64,000 nt of DNA from Candidatus Marinacidobacterales bacterium (lineage in GTDB: Bacteria; Acidobacteriota; Vicinamibacteria; Marinacidobacterales; DATDRI01). Position 1 is the first letter of the stretch; every line of letters begins with the position of its first letter. The position numbers and the translations under genes were made by a program. Location: assembly GCA_965226495.1 (NCBI GenBank), contig OZ245365.1:4128001-4192000 (forward strand), given 5' to 3'. The notes below the pieces were generated by a model, which worked only from the letters and a program-made list of their open reading frames with translations, did not search any database and was not told where the DNA came from. This document shows positions 18,902 through 28,362 of the stretch, one piece after another.

Positions 18902-21208
18902 TTACTGGGTTGCTTCCAACTGCGCGAGAAATTGGAGCGCGTTTGGGTCCTGAGGTGAGAGCGCCACGAGCTTCCGCGCGTACTCCACCGCCGCGGACAG
19001 CTGTCCGGTATCCCGGTTCATCGTTGCGAGGGCGATGAGCAGGTCGCGATTGCCGGGGTGGCGTTCATGTGCGCCGCGGAGCACATCTAGGGCGTGGTCG
19101 GTCTCCCCGACCGAGTGCAGTGCGGCACCGTAAACGTAACTGTAGCGTGGCTCCTCGGGCCGCAACTCCGCGGCCCGGGCTAGAGCCTCTACCGCCTCGT
19201 CGTTGCGCTGCTGCCGAGCAAGAACCAAGCCCAGTGAGTGGTGGAGTGCTCCATCATCGGGGGCGACCACCAATCCTTCACGGAGCACCTTCTCCCCTTC
19301 CCGTTCCCGGTTACTCAGTCGGTACACATCGGCTAGGTTGACATAGGCTGGCGTATAGAGAGGGTCGAGCTCCAATGCCGTGTGTAAGGCCCTCTCCGCG
19401 CTGTCAATGTCCCCCCGCTGCTGATCGATCACCGCCAGATTGAGGTGGTACCCGGCGCGGTCGGCGTTCACGAGTTGTGCGCTCCGGTACTCCTCGAGGA
19501 CGACATCGAGGCTCGCAGTTTGGACGGGAGTCATGAGATCGCTGGGCACCGAAGCCAGTACCCGTGCGGCTTCCAGTCGCACATACCGAACCGCATCGCC
19601 GAGGAGTGGGTAACCCATCAAGAGTCGGGACTGCGGCTCGACCGCCTCCAGCGTGCCCAGCGCCGCGGCGCGAATGAGTGGATCGCCGCTTTCCAAGCCG
19701 CGGCCGATCGTCGGCAGCGATTGTTGGCCCGCTTGCCCGGCGAGCAACGAAAGCGCCGTCGCGCGCGCAATGGCGGGCATCGCGGGATCGTCGGCGAGGC
19801 GCACCAACGCGGCTTCCGCCCGTGGAGCACCTTGCCGCCCGGCGTGTAGGGCCTCCCCGTAATGCCACTCTTCGGCGCGATCGGATCCATACCAACCGGC
19901 CACCGCGTCCGCCGCCCACTCTGCCGGGCGATCGGCATGACATTGGTTACACGCATTGGGAGTGCCGATCTTCATCGTCAAATCCGGGCGCGGGATCCGA
20001 AGACTGTGATCGCGCCGGGGATCCACGACCATGTAGTTCTGCGCCGGCATGTGGCACTCCACACACCTCGCACCGGTCGACTCCGGACGATGAAAGTGGT
20101 GCTCCGGCGTGTCGAACTTCTCGACCAGGTGACAGCTCGCGCACATGGAGTTCCCAGCGCCGCGCACCGTGAGGCGGTGAGGATCATGACAATCTTGACA
20201 GGTAACGCCTTCTCGATACATCTTGCTCTGCAAGAACGATCCGTAGACATAGACCTCGTCCAAGATCTGCCCGTCCGCATGATAGAGGGCATCCTCTAGC
20301 AAAGCTGGACGATGGGTATCCATGAGAGGCCGCCCGTAAACATACTCATCGCTTACTACGGATCGACGCGAGTGACATCGAGCACAGGTTTCGACCTCGA
20401 CCCTAGATTGCCTAGGAACGCTTCGTTTCGCCAAGCCGGTCTCCATGTCCGTAATCCACGTAGCGTTGTCTTCGTCCTTCAACCGCACGACCAATTCGTT
20501 TGGTCCTTCGCGGCTACCTTCTCCCCGCTCCACCGCTTCCGCCCAAGCTACATGATTGGACCCCGGGCCATGGCAGGCCTCACACGACACGTCAATCTCC
20601 GACCATTGGGTTTGGTAGCGATCCTGCTCGAGATCGTAGTTCTTCTGTAGGTTCGTCGAGTGGCATTCCGCGCACATGAAGTTCCAGTTGTAATTCGGGC
20701 TGGTCCAGTGGAGCTCATCCCCAGCCGGAATCTTTTCGTCTGAGTGAAGGTGGAACCAGCGTTGGCCGCCTTCCTCCGCAGGCCGAGCGTCCCAGGCGAC
20801 ACTCAACGCCTGATAACGGCCGTCGGGAAAGCCGATCAGATACTGCTGAAGGGGATCGACTCCGAAGGCATAGGCGACCTCGTAGTCTTGGATCTGCCCA
20901 TCCGCGCCGTCAGTGCGCACGTAGAACTTCCCGTCGGATTTGTAGAATTTCGTCTCGACTCCAAAATGGTTGAAGGCTGCGTCATGGAAGTCTCCCAACA
21001 CTGTCGTCTCATCGGCCTCCTGCATGGCCAGATCGTGGTCGGACCCTCGCCATAGTTCGAGTTGCTGTTCGTGGCATGGTGCGCACGCTGGTGCGCCCAC
21101 GTAGCCAGCGGGCTCCGTGGAAGTGGTCTCCTCCACGGGCTTCTCGCAGGCCTGAACGAACAAAGCGATGGACACGCTTGTGACCACGACGGAAACTGGC
21201 CTATTCAT
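18902..21208 (-). CDS. Octaheme cytochrome c lipoprotein with HEAT and TPR repeats
   Basis: Eight CxxCH motifs (CAPCH, CAECH, CEACH, CARCH, CQDCH, CASCH, CVECH, CNQCH), lipobox VQAC, C-terminal TPRs. Confidence 0.9.
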   Translation of the reverse strand: MNRPVSVVVTSVSIALFVQACEKPVEETTSTEPAGYVGAPACAPCHEQQLELWRGSDHDLAMQEADETTVLGDFHDAAFNHFGVETKFYKSDGKFYVRTDGADGQIQDYEVAYAFGVDPLQQYLIGFPDGRYQALSVAWDARPAEEGGQRWFHLHSDEKIPAGDELHWTSPNYNWNFMCAECHSTNLQKNYDLEQDRYQTQWSEIDVSCEACHGPGSNHVAWAEAVERGEGSREGPNELVVRLKDEDNATWITDMETGLAKRSVPRQSRVEVETCARCHSRRSVVSDEYVYGRPLMDTHRPALLEDALYHADGQILDEVYVYGSFLQSKMYREGVTCQDCHDPHRLTVRGAGNSMCASCHLVEKFDTPEHHFHRPESTGARCVECHMPAQNYMVVDPRRDHSLRIPRPDLTMKIGTPNACNQCHADRPAEWAADAVAGWYGSDRAEEWHYGEALHAGRQGAPRAEAALVRLADDPAMPAIARATALSLLAGQAGQQSLPTIGRGLESGDPLIRAAALGTLEAVEPQSRLLMGYPLLGDAVRYVRLEAARVLASVPSDLMTPVQTASLDVVLEEYRSAQLVNADRAGYHLNLAVIDQQRGDIDSAERALHTALELDPLYTPAYVNLADVYRLSNREREGEKVLREGLVVAPDDGALHHSLGLVLARQQRNDEAVEALARAAELRPEEPRYSYVYGAALHSVGETDHALDVLRGAHERHPGNRDLLIALATMNRDTGQLSAAVEYARKLVALSPQDPNALQFLAQLEATQ

Positions 21209-21313
21209 TGGGGAGTATCATATTCTCGAAAACCGGACGACGCTATTACCGGCCTGTGGTTTTGACCTGGATCGGTCGGTTGGCTAACATGGGCTGTCCC
21301 CAACAAACTTCAG

Positions 21314-21865
21314 ATGAAAATCTTCTCGTTGTTTTTCGGCCTCTTCTTCATCGCCGGAATCTGCTTCGCTCAGTCCCTGGCCGAGGTCGCAGAAAAGGAG
21401 CGACAGCGACGCCAGAAACTCCCCCCGAGCGAAGTGATTCGTGATGAAGATTTGGAGGCTTCCGGAGAGAAGCCCGCATCGCTCGCCGAAAAGGAGACCG
21501 ACGAAAGAACCGTGGCCGAGATTCTAGATGGAGAGGACGGACGGCCCGACGAGGCCGATGAGTCCGACTGGCCGAAGGTCTGGGCGGATTGTCAGGCTCG
21601 CTACGACGCCGCAGAGAACGCCCGGAACGAACGCTTGTATCTGATCCAGAAGGGTCTTCCTATCGGGGCGGACTTGGAACGGATACCCTGCTCAGTGATC
21701 AATGCACGGGGATTCCTTCCCGGGTGGATACGGTACTCCATCGATTGCGAAAGGCTGGCGGAGGAAGTCAAAGAAAAACAAGCGCTGATGAACGAGATTC
21801 AAGAGGAGTGCTTCAACGAGGCACGGATCCGGAGTGTTCCCCCTGGCGCCGCCCGTCTTCAATAG
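21314..21865 (+). CDS. Secreted hypothetical protein
   Basis: Signal peptide then QSLAEVAEKERQRR; coiled-coil-like. Confidence 0.65.
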   Translation: MKIFSLFFGLFFIAGICFAQSLAEVAEKERQRRQKLPPSEVIRDEDLEASGEKPASLAEKETDERTVAEILDGEDGRPDEADESDWPKVWADCQARYDAAENARNERLYLIQKGLPIGADLERIPCSVINARGFLPGWIRYSIDCERLAEEVKEKQALMNEIQEECFNEARIRSVPPGAARLQ

Positions 21866-23850
21866 AAATGGGCGATCGCCACCAAGTACAAAAACCCCAA
21901 CCAGGACGGCCAAAAACCCAACTTGATGAGGAGACTTTCCTCGTACTCCACCGGGCCAAAATTGAACCTCTCCAGAGAAAAAAAGAACGCGTGCAGCGTT
22001 GTCAGCACGAGGATTAAGTAAACGCTGAAGTAAACGTACTCGATAAACGCGACCTCCTGGATCTGAAGGCCGTCACGCAGATGAATGTGGGCCAACAGGA
22101 CGACGAAGAAGAGTGCCGACGTGATTCTCATCACCCCAGACGGGCTGAAGCCCAGCAAGCTCGCTTCGTCCTCGTCCTTGGTGCACGTCACGATCATGCT
22201 GAAGAGCATCACCACCACAACCAACATCGGGATTACGTTCTGTATCGCGACGTTCACCAAGTTTCTCTTGAGCCCGACACGAAAATTAAGCTCCGGAAAG
22301 GTCGCCTCATCCAAGCCGATGCCGAAGTCGGTCTCGTAGTCCAGCAAATGATAGTCGAAGAAGCTGTTCGCAATTCTCCAGCCTGAGAGCTCGAGAGACT
22401 TGTCGAGACCGGGCTTGGAGGTCGGGTTGGTCAAAGTATAAGAGGCGAGGTCGGGAACCAACAACATTCGTCGGTCGAAGTCTTTGGACCACAACCGGAT
22501 CGAGAGCGTACCGTGATCGAACGGATACTTCGCGATATCGAGGTCCTGCCGTAGTGTCGCGCGGAAATACCAGCCCACGGTCTCGACTCCGTTCTGCTCA
22601 CGCCGGTAGGCCTCGGTGAAGCTCGCGTCTACGGCATTGGGAAATTCGACTCCCAAAGGCAGTTCAGCGAGTCGGGCGGGCTCCGAGAACTTCTGCCACA
22701 AATACCCGGTTACAGCGAGCTCGCTCGGGGTCACAAACTTCATCGACTGCACCGAAATGCCGGTGGGGACATAAAACGGAGCTCGGTGTCCCTGAGCCTC
22801 GAACGCGTCTTCCTGGGAGCTCAGAAACGAGTTGAGACCCGCCCCATCGAGGATCTTCACGCGTTGTTCGTCCTCGTGAGGTACCTGTTCGTAGACGACC
22901 CACCGGATGACGAGCGACCCGGCAAGCAACAAGATAGACAAGAGTACCGAGAGTCCCCATAAAACGCGCCGCAGTTGTTCGCCGTACCAATGCGAGGAGA
23001 TCCAAATCGCCACCCCCATCAGCCCGAAGATGGAGAAGATCGAGATCCAGATCACGCGGCGACGAAAAAACCGCCCGATGGTGAGGATTTCGTCTTTGAT
23101 ACGCACCACAATGGCCGACCAATCGACACGACCAACCGGCTCGTAGAAGAACCATGACGACTGGCCCGTCACCATGTTCACGTGGTCCACGAAGCCGCTC
23201 TCCCCTGCCGTCGCTTTTTCGGCCGCTTCCTGCAAAACGGTATCCCCGAGCGCCTCCGCTATCTTGAAGGCTGGAATGTGCTGTCGAACGAAAGCCGTAC
23301 TGGGATGAACCAGAAAATAGCCTTGCTTCGACAGGACGGAGCCGAAACCCGTCTTGCCGAGCTCGAGGCTTTGGATTAGTTCGTGAACTGGCTCCATGGA
23401 GATTTTCAGATAGGCGACACCGGCCGGCGCCCTCTCACCCTCTGTCTCGAGCTCAAAGAAGGGCGTCGAGTACGTCGCCATCAGGCGGTCTTCAGCCGCG
23501 TCCAAAACGGGCTCGCTCCAACCCCCGGCATCCTGTGCCGAGTCACTGATCCCGAGGTCGTGAATTGCCGGAGTCTCCTCCCTGATTTCTGCTATTCGGC
23601 TGAGCAGTGCTTCTCCGCTCAACCGGTCGGTCGAAATCTGTTCCGCTAGATTGTGTAGAATCGCCTCGAGCCCTTGGAGCTTGGCCTCGATCTCGCTCGC
23701 CGCGGTCATGGCGTGTTGCCGGGCCCCATCCTTGGCATCGCGAACCAGTACCCTCCGGTTCCCTATCAGGTCAGATAGCAAATAGAGCGCTATCGAGAGG
23801 CTGGCGATGCCGAGAATCAGAGAGGCGCGAAGGTAGGTCTCTTTACGCAT
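21859..23850 (-). CDS. Cache sensor domain fused to a prokaryotic pentameric ligand-gated ion channel domain
   Basis: TM, Cache-like region (WSEP, TYSTPF, LGKTGFG, FLVHP), two TMs, beta-rich domain with YPFD Pro-loop, four C-terminal TMs. Confidence 0.75.
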   Translation of the reverse strand: MRKETYLRASLILGIASLSIALYLLSDLIGNRRVLVRDAKDGARQHAMTAASEIEAKLQGLEAILHNLAEQISTDRLSGEALLSRIAEIREETPAIHDLGISDSAQDAGGWSEPVLDAAEDRLMATYSTPFFELETEGERAPAGVAYLKISMEPVHELIQSLELGKTGFGSVLSKQGYFLVHPSTAFVRQHIPAFKIAEALGDTVLQEAAEKATAGESGFVDHVNMVTGQSSWFFYEPVGRVDWSAIVVRIKDEILTIGRFFRRRVIWISIFSIFGLMGVAIWISSHWYGEQLRRVLWGLSVLLSILLLAGSLVIRWVVYEQVPHEDEQRVKILDGAGLNSFLSSQEDAFEAQGHRAPFYVPTGISVQSMKFVTPSELAVTGYLWQKFSEPARLAELPLGVEFPNAVDASFTEAYRREQNGVETVGWYFRATLRQDLDIAKYPFDHGTLSIRLWSKDFDRRMLLVPDLASYTLTNPTSKPGLDKSLELSGWRIANSFFDYHLLDYETDFGIGLDEATFPELNFRVGLKRNLVNVAIQNVIPMLVVVVMLFSMIVTCTKDEDEASLLGFSPSGVMRITSALFFVVLLAHIHLRDGLQIQEVAFIEYVYFSVYLILVLTTLHAFFFSLERFNFGPVEYEESLLIKLGFWPSWLGFLYLVAIAHFY

Positions 23851-23916
23851 GTTTCTGGACGGACGCTGAACAAAAGCGTCCCCTCATTTTTCTGGACCTC
23901 CGCAGCGTGAATCGCG

Positions 23917-24555
23917 CTACGGCTTCAGCGATGCGATGTACTCGTTAGCGAGTTTGGTGGTCTCGCCGAGTTTTGTGAACATGGTCGCGGCTTGCGCGTT
24001 CACGTTCTTGGCATCACCGGCGAGGCTCTTCAAAGCAGTGGGGTTGAGGTCGTACCCGAGATAGACCACCTGATCTTGTAGACTCTGGATGAACGCATCG
24101 AACTCGCCGCCCGCCTGCCGTCCGACCCTCAAGATTTCACCGTAGCGGGCGCGTGTGTCATTCAGTCTGTCCTGGCTGCGCTTGCGGAGATCCGGGCTCG
24201 TGACTCCATCCAGACTCTGAGTCCATTCGGCGAAGAACACATGGGCCTCTTTCTCCATCTCCTCGGCCTTATTGCCGACGTTGGCACGTTTCTTCTCCGA
24301 GTCCTTTATCCAATTGCCCAGGTCCTTGTATGCTTTCTTCGTGTCTTCGGCCTTGTTCTGGACTATGGTGTTGTAGAGATTGAGGGTCCGTTCGAGCTGC
24401 TGCTTCGTCTCCTCAATCGCCTTTACAGCGTCCTCGGCACGTTTGGCAAGTTTTTCCGTTTGCTTCACACCACTCTGGGTCGCGGCGACACCGATCGACG
24501 CAAGCAAGAGTGTGGCAACGAGAGCTGGAAAAATAAGCTGTTTTCTATCCTTCAT
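23917..24555 (-). CDS. DUF2959-like exported coiled-coil protein
   Basis: Signal peptide; FFAEW, LQDQVVYLGYDLN motifs. Confidence 0.7.
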   Translation of the reverse strand: MKDRKQLIFPALVATLLLASIGVAATQSGVKQTEKLAKRAEDAVKAIEETKQQLERTLNLYNTIVQNKAEDTKKAYKDLGNWIKDSEKKRANVGNKAEEMEKEAHVFFAEWTQSLDGVTSPDLRKRSQDRLNDTRARYGEILRVGRQAGGEFDAFIQSLQDQVVYLGYDLNPTALKSLAGDAKNVNAQAATMFTKLGETTKLANEYIASLKP

Positions 24556-24659
24556 TTTCTATTTCCTTTCGCGGCGCGCGAAATCGGTTTCACGAGAATC
24601 GTTAATGAGACACCACCTTCGCGGTCCAGTCAAGCGGGGGTGACCGGATGGTGGGGCAA

Positions 24660-26012
24660 TTATCGAGCCAACCCTACCACCAGATCCATGACGTTGGTGC
24701 CGGTTGGACCCGTACGTAGGAGGTCGCCCAGCTTGTCGAAGAAGGTATAGGAATCGTTGTCCTCCAGGAACGCGTCCGCGTCGAGCCCCGCGGAACGTGC
24801 TCTGGCAAGAGTGGTTCCATCGACAAAGGCGCCGGCTGCGTCGGTCGGGCCATCGGTTCCATCGGTTCCAGCAGAAAGAATGGCGATGTTCTTGGCCCCT
24901 TCGATCTTGCGGGCCGCAACGAGCGCGAACTCCTGATTGCGTCCGCCTTTGCCTTTTCCCTTAACCTCGAGAGTCGTTTCGCCGCCCGCGAGCAGCGCGA
25001 CCGGCCCTCGGTTCGACAGCTCGAGAAGCCGTGAGGCGAAGGCGGTCGCTCTATTGTGGGTAGCGCCGACCATGTCGTAGCTAAAGACTTCCGGAGAGAA
25101 GCCAAGGGCTTCGGAGACTCTCTGTGCCGCGTCCAGGGAATGGCGATTACTGGCAAGGATCAGGCAACGGATGTTTTCGAAAAGCGGTAGTCCCGGTTTT
25201 GGGGTCTCGGCGATGTCCCCCCGGGCGCCCCCGTCGAGCCGATCGCGGACCGCTGCAGGGATCTGCCCGGTCGTTTTTGTCAGGCAATAGCGATTCAGAA
25301 TGTCCAGGCAGTCGGCAAAGGTGGAAGGATCGGGCACCGTGGGTCCCGACCCAATCGATGAGAGATCGTCACCCACGACGTCGGATACGATGAGTGTCAT
25401 CGCCTTGGCCGGATAAATCCGTTCCGCCAAGCGCCCACCCTTTACCGCAGACAAATGCTTACGGATAGTGTTTGTTTCCTGGATTGTTGCGCCGCATGCC
25501 AAGAGTGCCTGGGTCGTTTTGATCTTGTGCGAGAGCGTCAACCCCGGTGCCGGTGCAACCAAGAGCGCCGAGGCCCCGCCGGTCAACAAAAAGAACACGC
25601 GGTCGTCGGGGCGAGTGTCTCCTAGATCGTCTATGAGACGAGAGGTCCCTTCGAGACCACGCTCGTCGGGCAGAGGATGGCCTCCCTCCTCGACCACGAC
25701 CTGCTTCAAAGGAAGCCCGTGACCATACTTAACGACGATCCTCCCTCCATCGATCCGATCTCCGACCGTTTCCTCGAGCGCCTGTGCAAGTGAGGCTGCT
25801 GCTTTGCCGGCACCGATGACTAGAAGACGACCGGAGGTGCTCTTCTTAGGTAGGTCCCACGAGACATCAATGTCGGCGACACCGGGGGCTTCGTAATGCC
25901 ACTGGTCGTTCTCGATCCGCGTTCGGTCGAGAAGGAGGCTACGTGGATCGGCGGCGGATACGCCGGCACGGAAGATTTCTTCCGCAATCGTCCGCAGTTC
26001 CAATTGGCTCAT
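24660..26012 (-). CDS. Glycerate kinase type 2 (MOFRL family)
   Basis: GAGKAA, GGHPLPD, TGGASAL, GGETT, GGRNQE, GTDGTDGPTDAAG, TGPTGTNVMD; start MSQLEL overlaps the glk stop. Confidence 0.92.
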   Translation of the reverse strand: MSQLELRTIAEEIFRAGVSAADPRSLLLDRTRIENDQWHYEAPGVADIDVSWDLPKKSTSGRLLVIGAGKAAASLAQALEETVGDRIDGGRIVVKYGHGLPLKQVVVEEGGHPLPDERGLEGTSRLIDDLGDTRPDDRVFFLLTGGASALLVAPAPGLTLSHKIKTTQALLACGATIQETNTIRKHLSAVKGGRLAERIYPAKAMTLIVSDVVGDDLSSIGSGPTVPDPSTFADCLDILNRYCLTKTTGQIPAAVRDRLDGGARGDIAETPKPGLPLFENIRCLILASNRHSLDAAQRVSEALGFSPEVFSYDMVGATHNRATAFASRLLELSNRGPVALLAGGETTLEVKGKGKGGRNQEFALVAARKIEGAKNIAILSAGTDGTDGPTDAAGAFVDGTTLARARSAGLDADAFLEDNDSYTFFDKLGDLLRTGPTGTNVMDLVVGLAR

Positions 26013-27010
26013 CGATCGAGGGCGTGGTAGGCGGCGCCGATGAGCGGAGCTCGAGGATTCAGCGCCACACGAACGCACATGCTTTCGACCAGCTCCGTGA
26101 AGCGCCCTTTGTCTCGATAGCCGTCCATGAAATGTCCCGCCGAAAACGCTGGGAGGATCTTGGGGGCGATTCCCCCACCGATGAAAACGCCTCCCATGGC
26201 GATGCACTTGAGGGCCAAATTGGAAGCTTCCGCCCCATAAATGTTGGAGAACAACTGGAGGGTTCGGACGCTCAAAGGATCTTCGTCTTCGAGGCCGGCC
26301 TGGCTGACAACCGCGCTCGGATTGCCGGCCTCGAGCCTCTCGGTCATCCAATCCGGCTCGGGGGCGAAGCCCGAGTCCCGAAGAAAGCTATAGACATTGA
26401 AGAAACCTGGCCCGGAGAGCACGCGCTCATAGCTGACGTGGCCGTCATACTTATCACGCAGATACTTTAGGAGCTCGATCTCCTCGTCGGTTCGCGGGGC
26501 AAAGTCGGCGTGCCCACCCTCCGAAGCGATGACGTGGTGCCGCCTTCCGTCCCAAAACAGCATCGCTTCACCGAGGCCGGTGCCAGCCGAGACCACCGCG
26601 ACGTTGCCTTTCCGTCCAGGGCTCGTGCCATGGTTTAGTTCATGAAGTTCATCATCCCTCAGATGCAGCATCCCATATGCGGCTGCTTCCAGATCGTTGA
26701 TGAGCCTAGTACGGGGGACCCCCAGCGTCTTCGCTATGTCTTTTTCGTCGAGGTGCCACGGCAGGTTGGTCGGGTCGCTCTTTCCATCGATCACCGCCCC
26801 CGCGATTCCGAAACACGCGGCCTGGATGGACGGCGTCTTTTCCTCCCGAAGAAATTTTTCGAGTATCTCGTCGAGGGCCTCGTGTTCCTGGCTCGGGAAA
26901 ACCGATTCGCGCACGACCCGTAGAGCATCGCCTGTGTTTTCTAAGAGGGTGACAACCGTCTTCGTCCCGCCGATGTCGCCCGCGAGAATGTGGCCGTACT
27001 CCTTGGTCAT
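26009..27010 (-). CDS. glk: Glucokinase
   Basis: [42 protein letters not shown]. Confidence 0.94.
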   Translation of the reverse strand: MTKEYGHILAGDIGGTKTVVTLLENTGDALRVVRESVFPSQEHEALDEILEKFLREEKTPSIQAACFGIAGAVIDGKSDPTNLPWHLDEKDIAKTLGVPRTRLINDLEAAAYGMLHLRDDELHELNHGTSPGRKGNVAVVSAGTGLGEAMLFWDGRRHHVIASEGGHADFAPRTDEEIELLKYLRDKYDGHVSYERVLSGPGFFNVYSFLRDSGFAPEPDWMTERLEAGNPSAVVSQAGLEDEDPLSVRTLQLFSNIYGAEASNLALKCIAMGGVFIGGGIAPKILPAFSAGHFMDGYRDKGRFTELVESMCVRVALNPRAPLIGAAYHALDR

Positions 27011-27714
27011 CCCGAGCGCGAATCCTGGACGCTGTCGCGCAACCGATCCATCGCAGCCCGAACGCCATCTTTGGCGCCGAAGACTGCAGATCCCGCGACG
27101 AGGACGCGCGCACCGGCCGCGACCACTTGGGGTGCGCTGGCGGCGTCGATACCGCCGTCGACTTCTAGCTGACACTCCTGGTTCACTCTATCGATCATCT
27201 GACGAATCCGTTGAATCTTCGGAAGCGTACTGGCGATGAATTTCTGCCCGCCGAAACCCGGGTTCACCGTCATGACGAGTACCTGGTCGACATCCGGAAG
27301 AATCTCTTCGATGAACGCCGCCGGCGTTGCCGGATTCAAAACCACTCCCGCACCAATGCCCAACGACTTGATGTGACCAATGGTTCGATGGAGGTGGGTT
27401 GCGCCCTCTACGTGAACCAGTAGCGAGGTGGAGCCGGCCTCTGCGAAAGCCTCCACATATCGTTCGGGGTGATCGATCATCAAGTGCGTTTCCAAAGGAA
27501 GCTTCGTTACTCGTTGGAGGGCCCGAACGACCAGGGGGCCGATCGTGATGTTCGGAACGAAGTGGCCGTCCATCACATCGACATGGATCCGATCGGCGCC
27601 CGCCGACTCCGCCTCTTCGACCTGCTCACCAAGGCGAGTAAAATCGGCCGAGAGGATAGACGGAGCTAGCCTGACAGTCGCATCACCCACGTTGTCGCTC
27701 TTCGACATCGTCAC
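27007..27714 (-). CDS. rpe: Ribulose-phosphate 3-epimerase
   Basis: [35 protein letters not shown]; exact start uncertain. Confidence 0.96.
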   Translation of the reverse strand: MTMSKSDNVGDATVRLAPSILSADFTRLGEQVEEAESAGADRIHVDVMDGHFVPNITIGPLVVRALQRVTKLPLETHLMIDHPERYVEAFAEAGSTSLLVHVEGATHLHRTIGHIKSLGIGAGVVLNPATPAAFIEEILPDVDQVLVMTVNPGFGGQKFIASTLPKIQRIRQMIDRVNQECQLEVDGGIDAASAPQVVAAGARVLVAGSAVFGAKDGVRAAMDRLRDSVQDSRSG

Positions 27715-28342
27715 CTCTTTGGAACAGAACAGTATGGGCCATCCCTAGAAAGAGCCCGCTTCCAACAACACCCGGGATAAAAAGGATCTCCCGCTCTAGC
27801 TCGGCAGGGTTCGCTATCGGACCAACACCGCAATCGAGGATGCAATTCCCATTGTCGGTCTTGAACGCCTTTCCGTCTTTCGTTCGTAGCTCGGGTGCCA
27901 AACCCAATGCTTCGAGTCGCCGACGCGCCAGGCTCATGCCGAACGAGACGATCTCGACCGGAAGGCGGCCGCGTTCGCCGAGCACTTTAACTTCTTTCTC
28001 GACGCCGACCAAAATCACGAGGCGCTTGCTCGACGCGGCTACGATCTTCTCGCGCACCAGGGCACCCCCATAGCCCTTGATGAGGTCGAGCTGCGGATCG
28101 ACCTCGTCGGCACCATCAACGGTGAGATCGAGCTCGCCCGCCTCTTCGAGGGTTACCAGCGGGATCCCGAACTCGGTGGCTAAATCCGCTGTCGCCTGTG
28201 AGGTCGGAACGCCGGTGATGCGCAGGCCGTTTTGGACGCGCTCACCGAGACTACGGACGAACGCCGTTGCGACCCTTCCCGTACCGAGCCCTAGGACATT
28301 GCCTTCTTCTACCGTATCCAGTGCGCGTTCAGCGTTGGTCAT
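27683..28342 (-). CDS. rpiA: Ribose-5-phosphate isomerase A
   Basis: [31 protein letters not shown]. Confidence 0.95.
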   Translation of the reverse strand: MTNAERALDTVEEGNVLGLGTGRVATAFVRSLGERVQNGLRITGVPTSQATADLATEFGIPLVTLEEAGELDLTVDGADEVDPQLDLIKGYGGALVREKIVAASSKRLVILVGVEKEVKVLGERGRLPVEIVSFGMSLARRRLEALGLAPELRTKDGKAFKTDNGNCILDCGVGPIANPAELEREILFIPGVVGSGLFLGMAHTVLFQRGDDVEERQRG

Positions 28343-28362
28343 CTAGTTCTTTCAGTCAGGAA

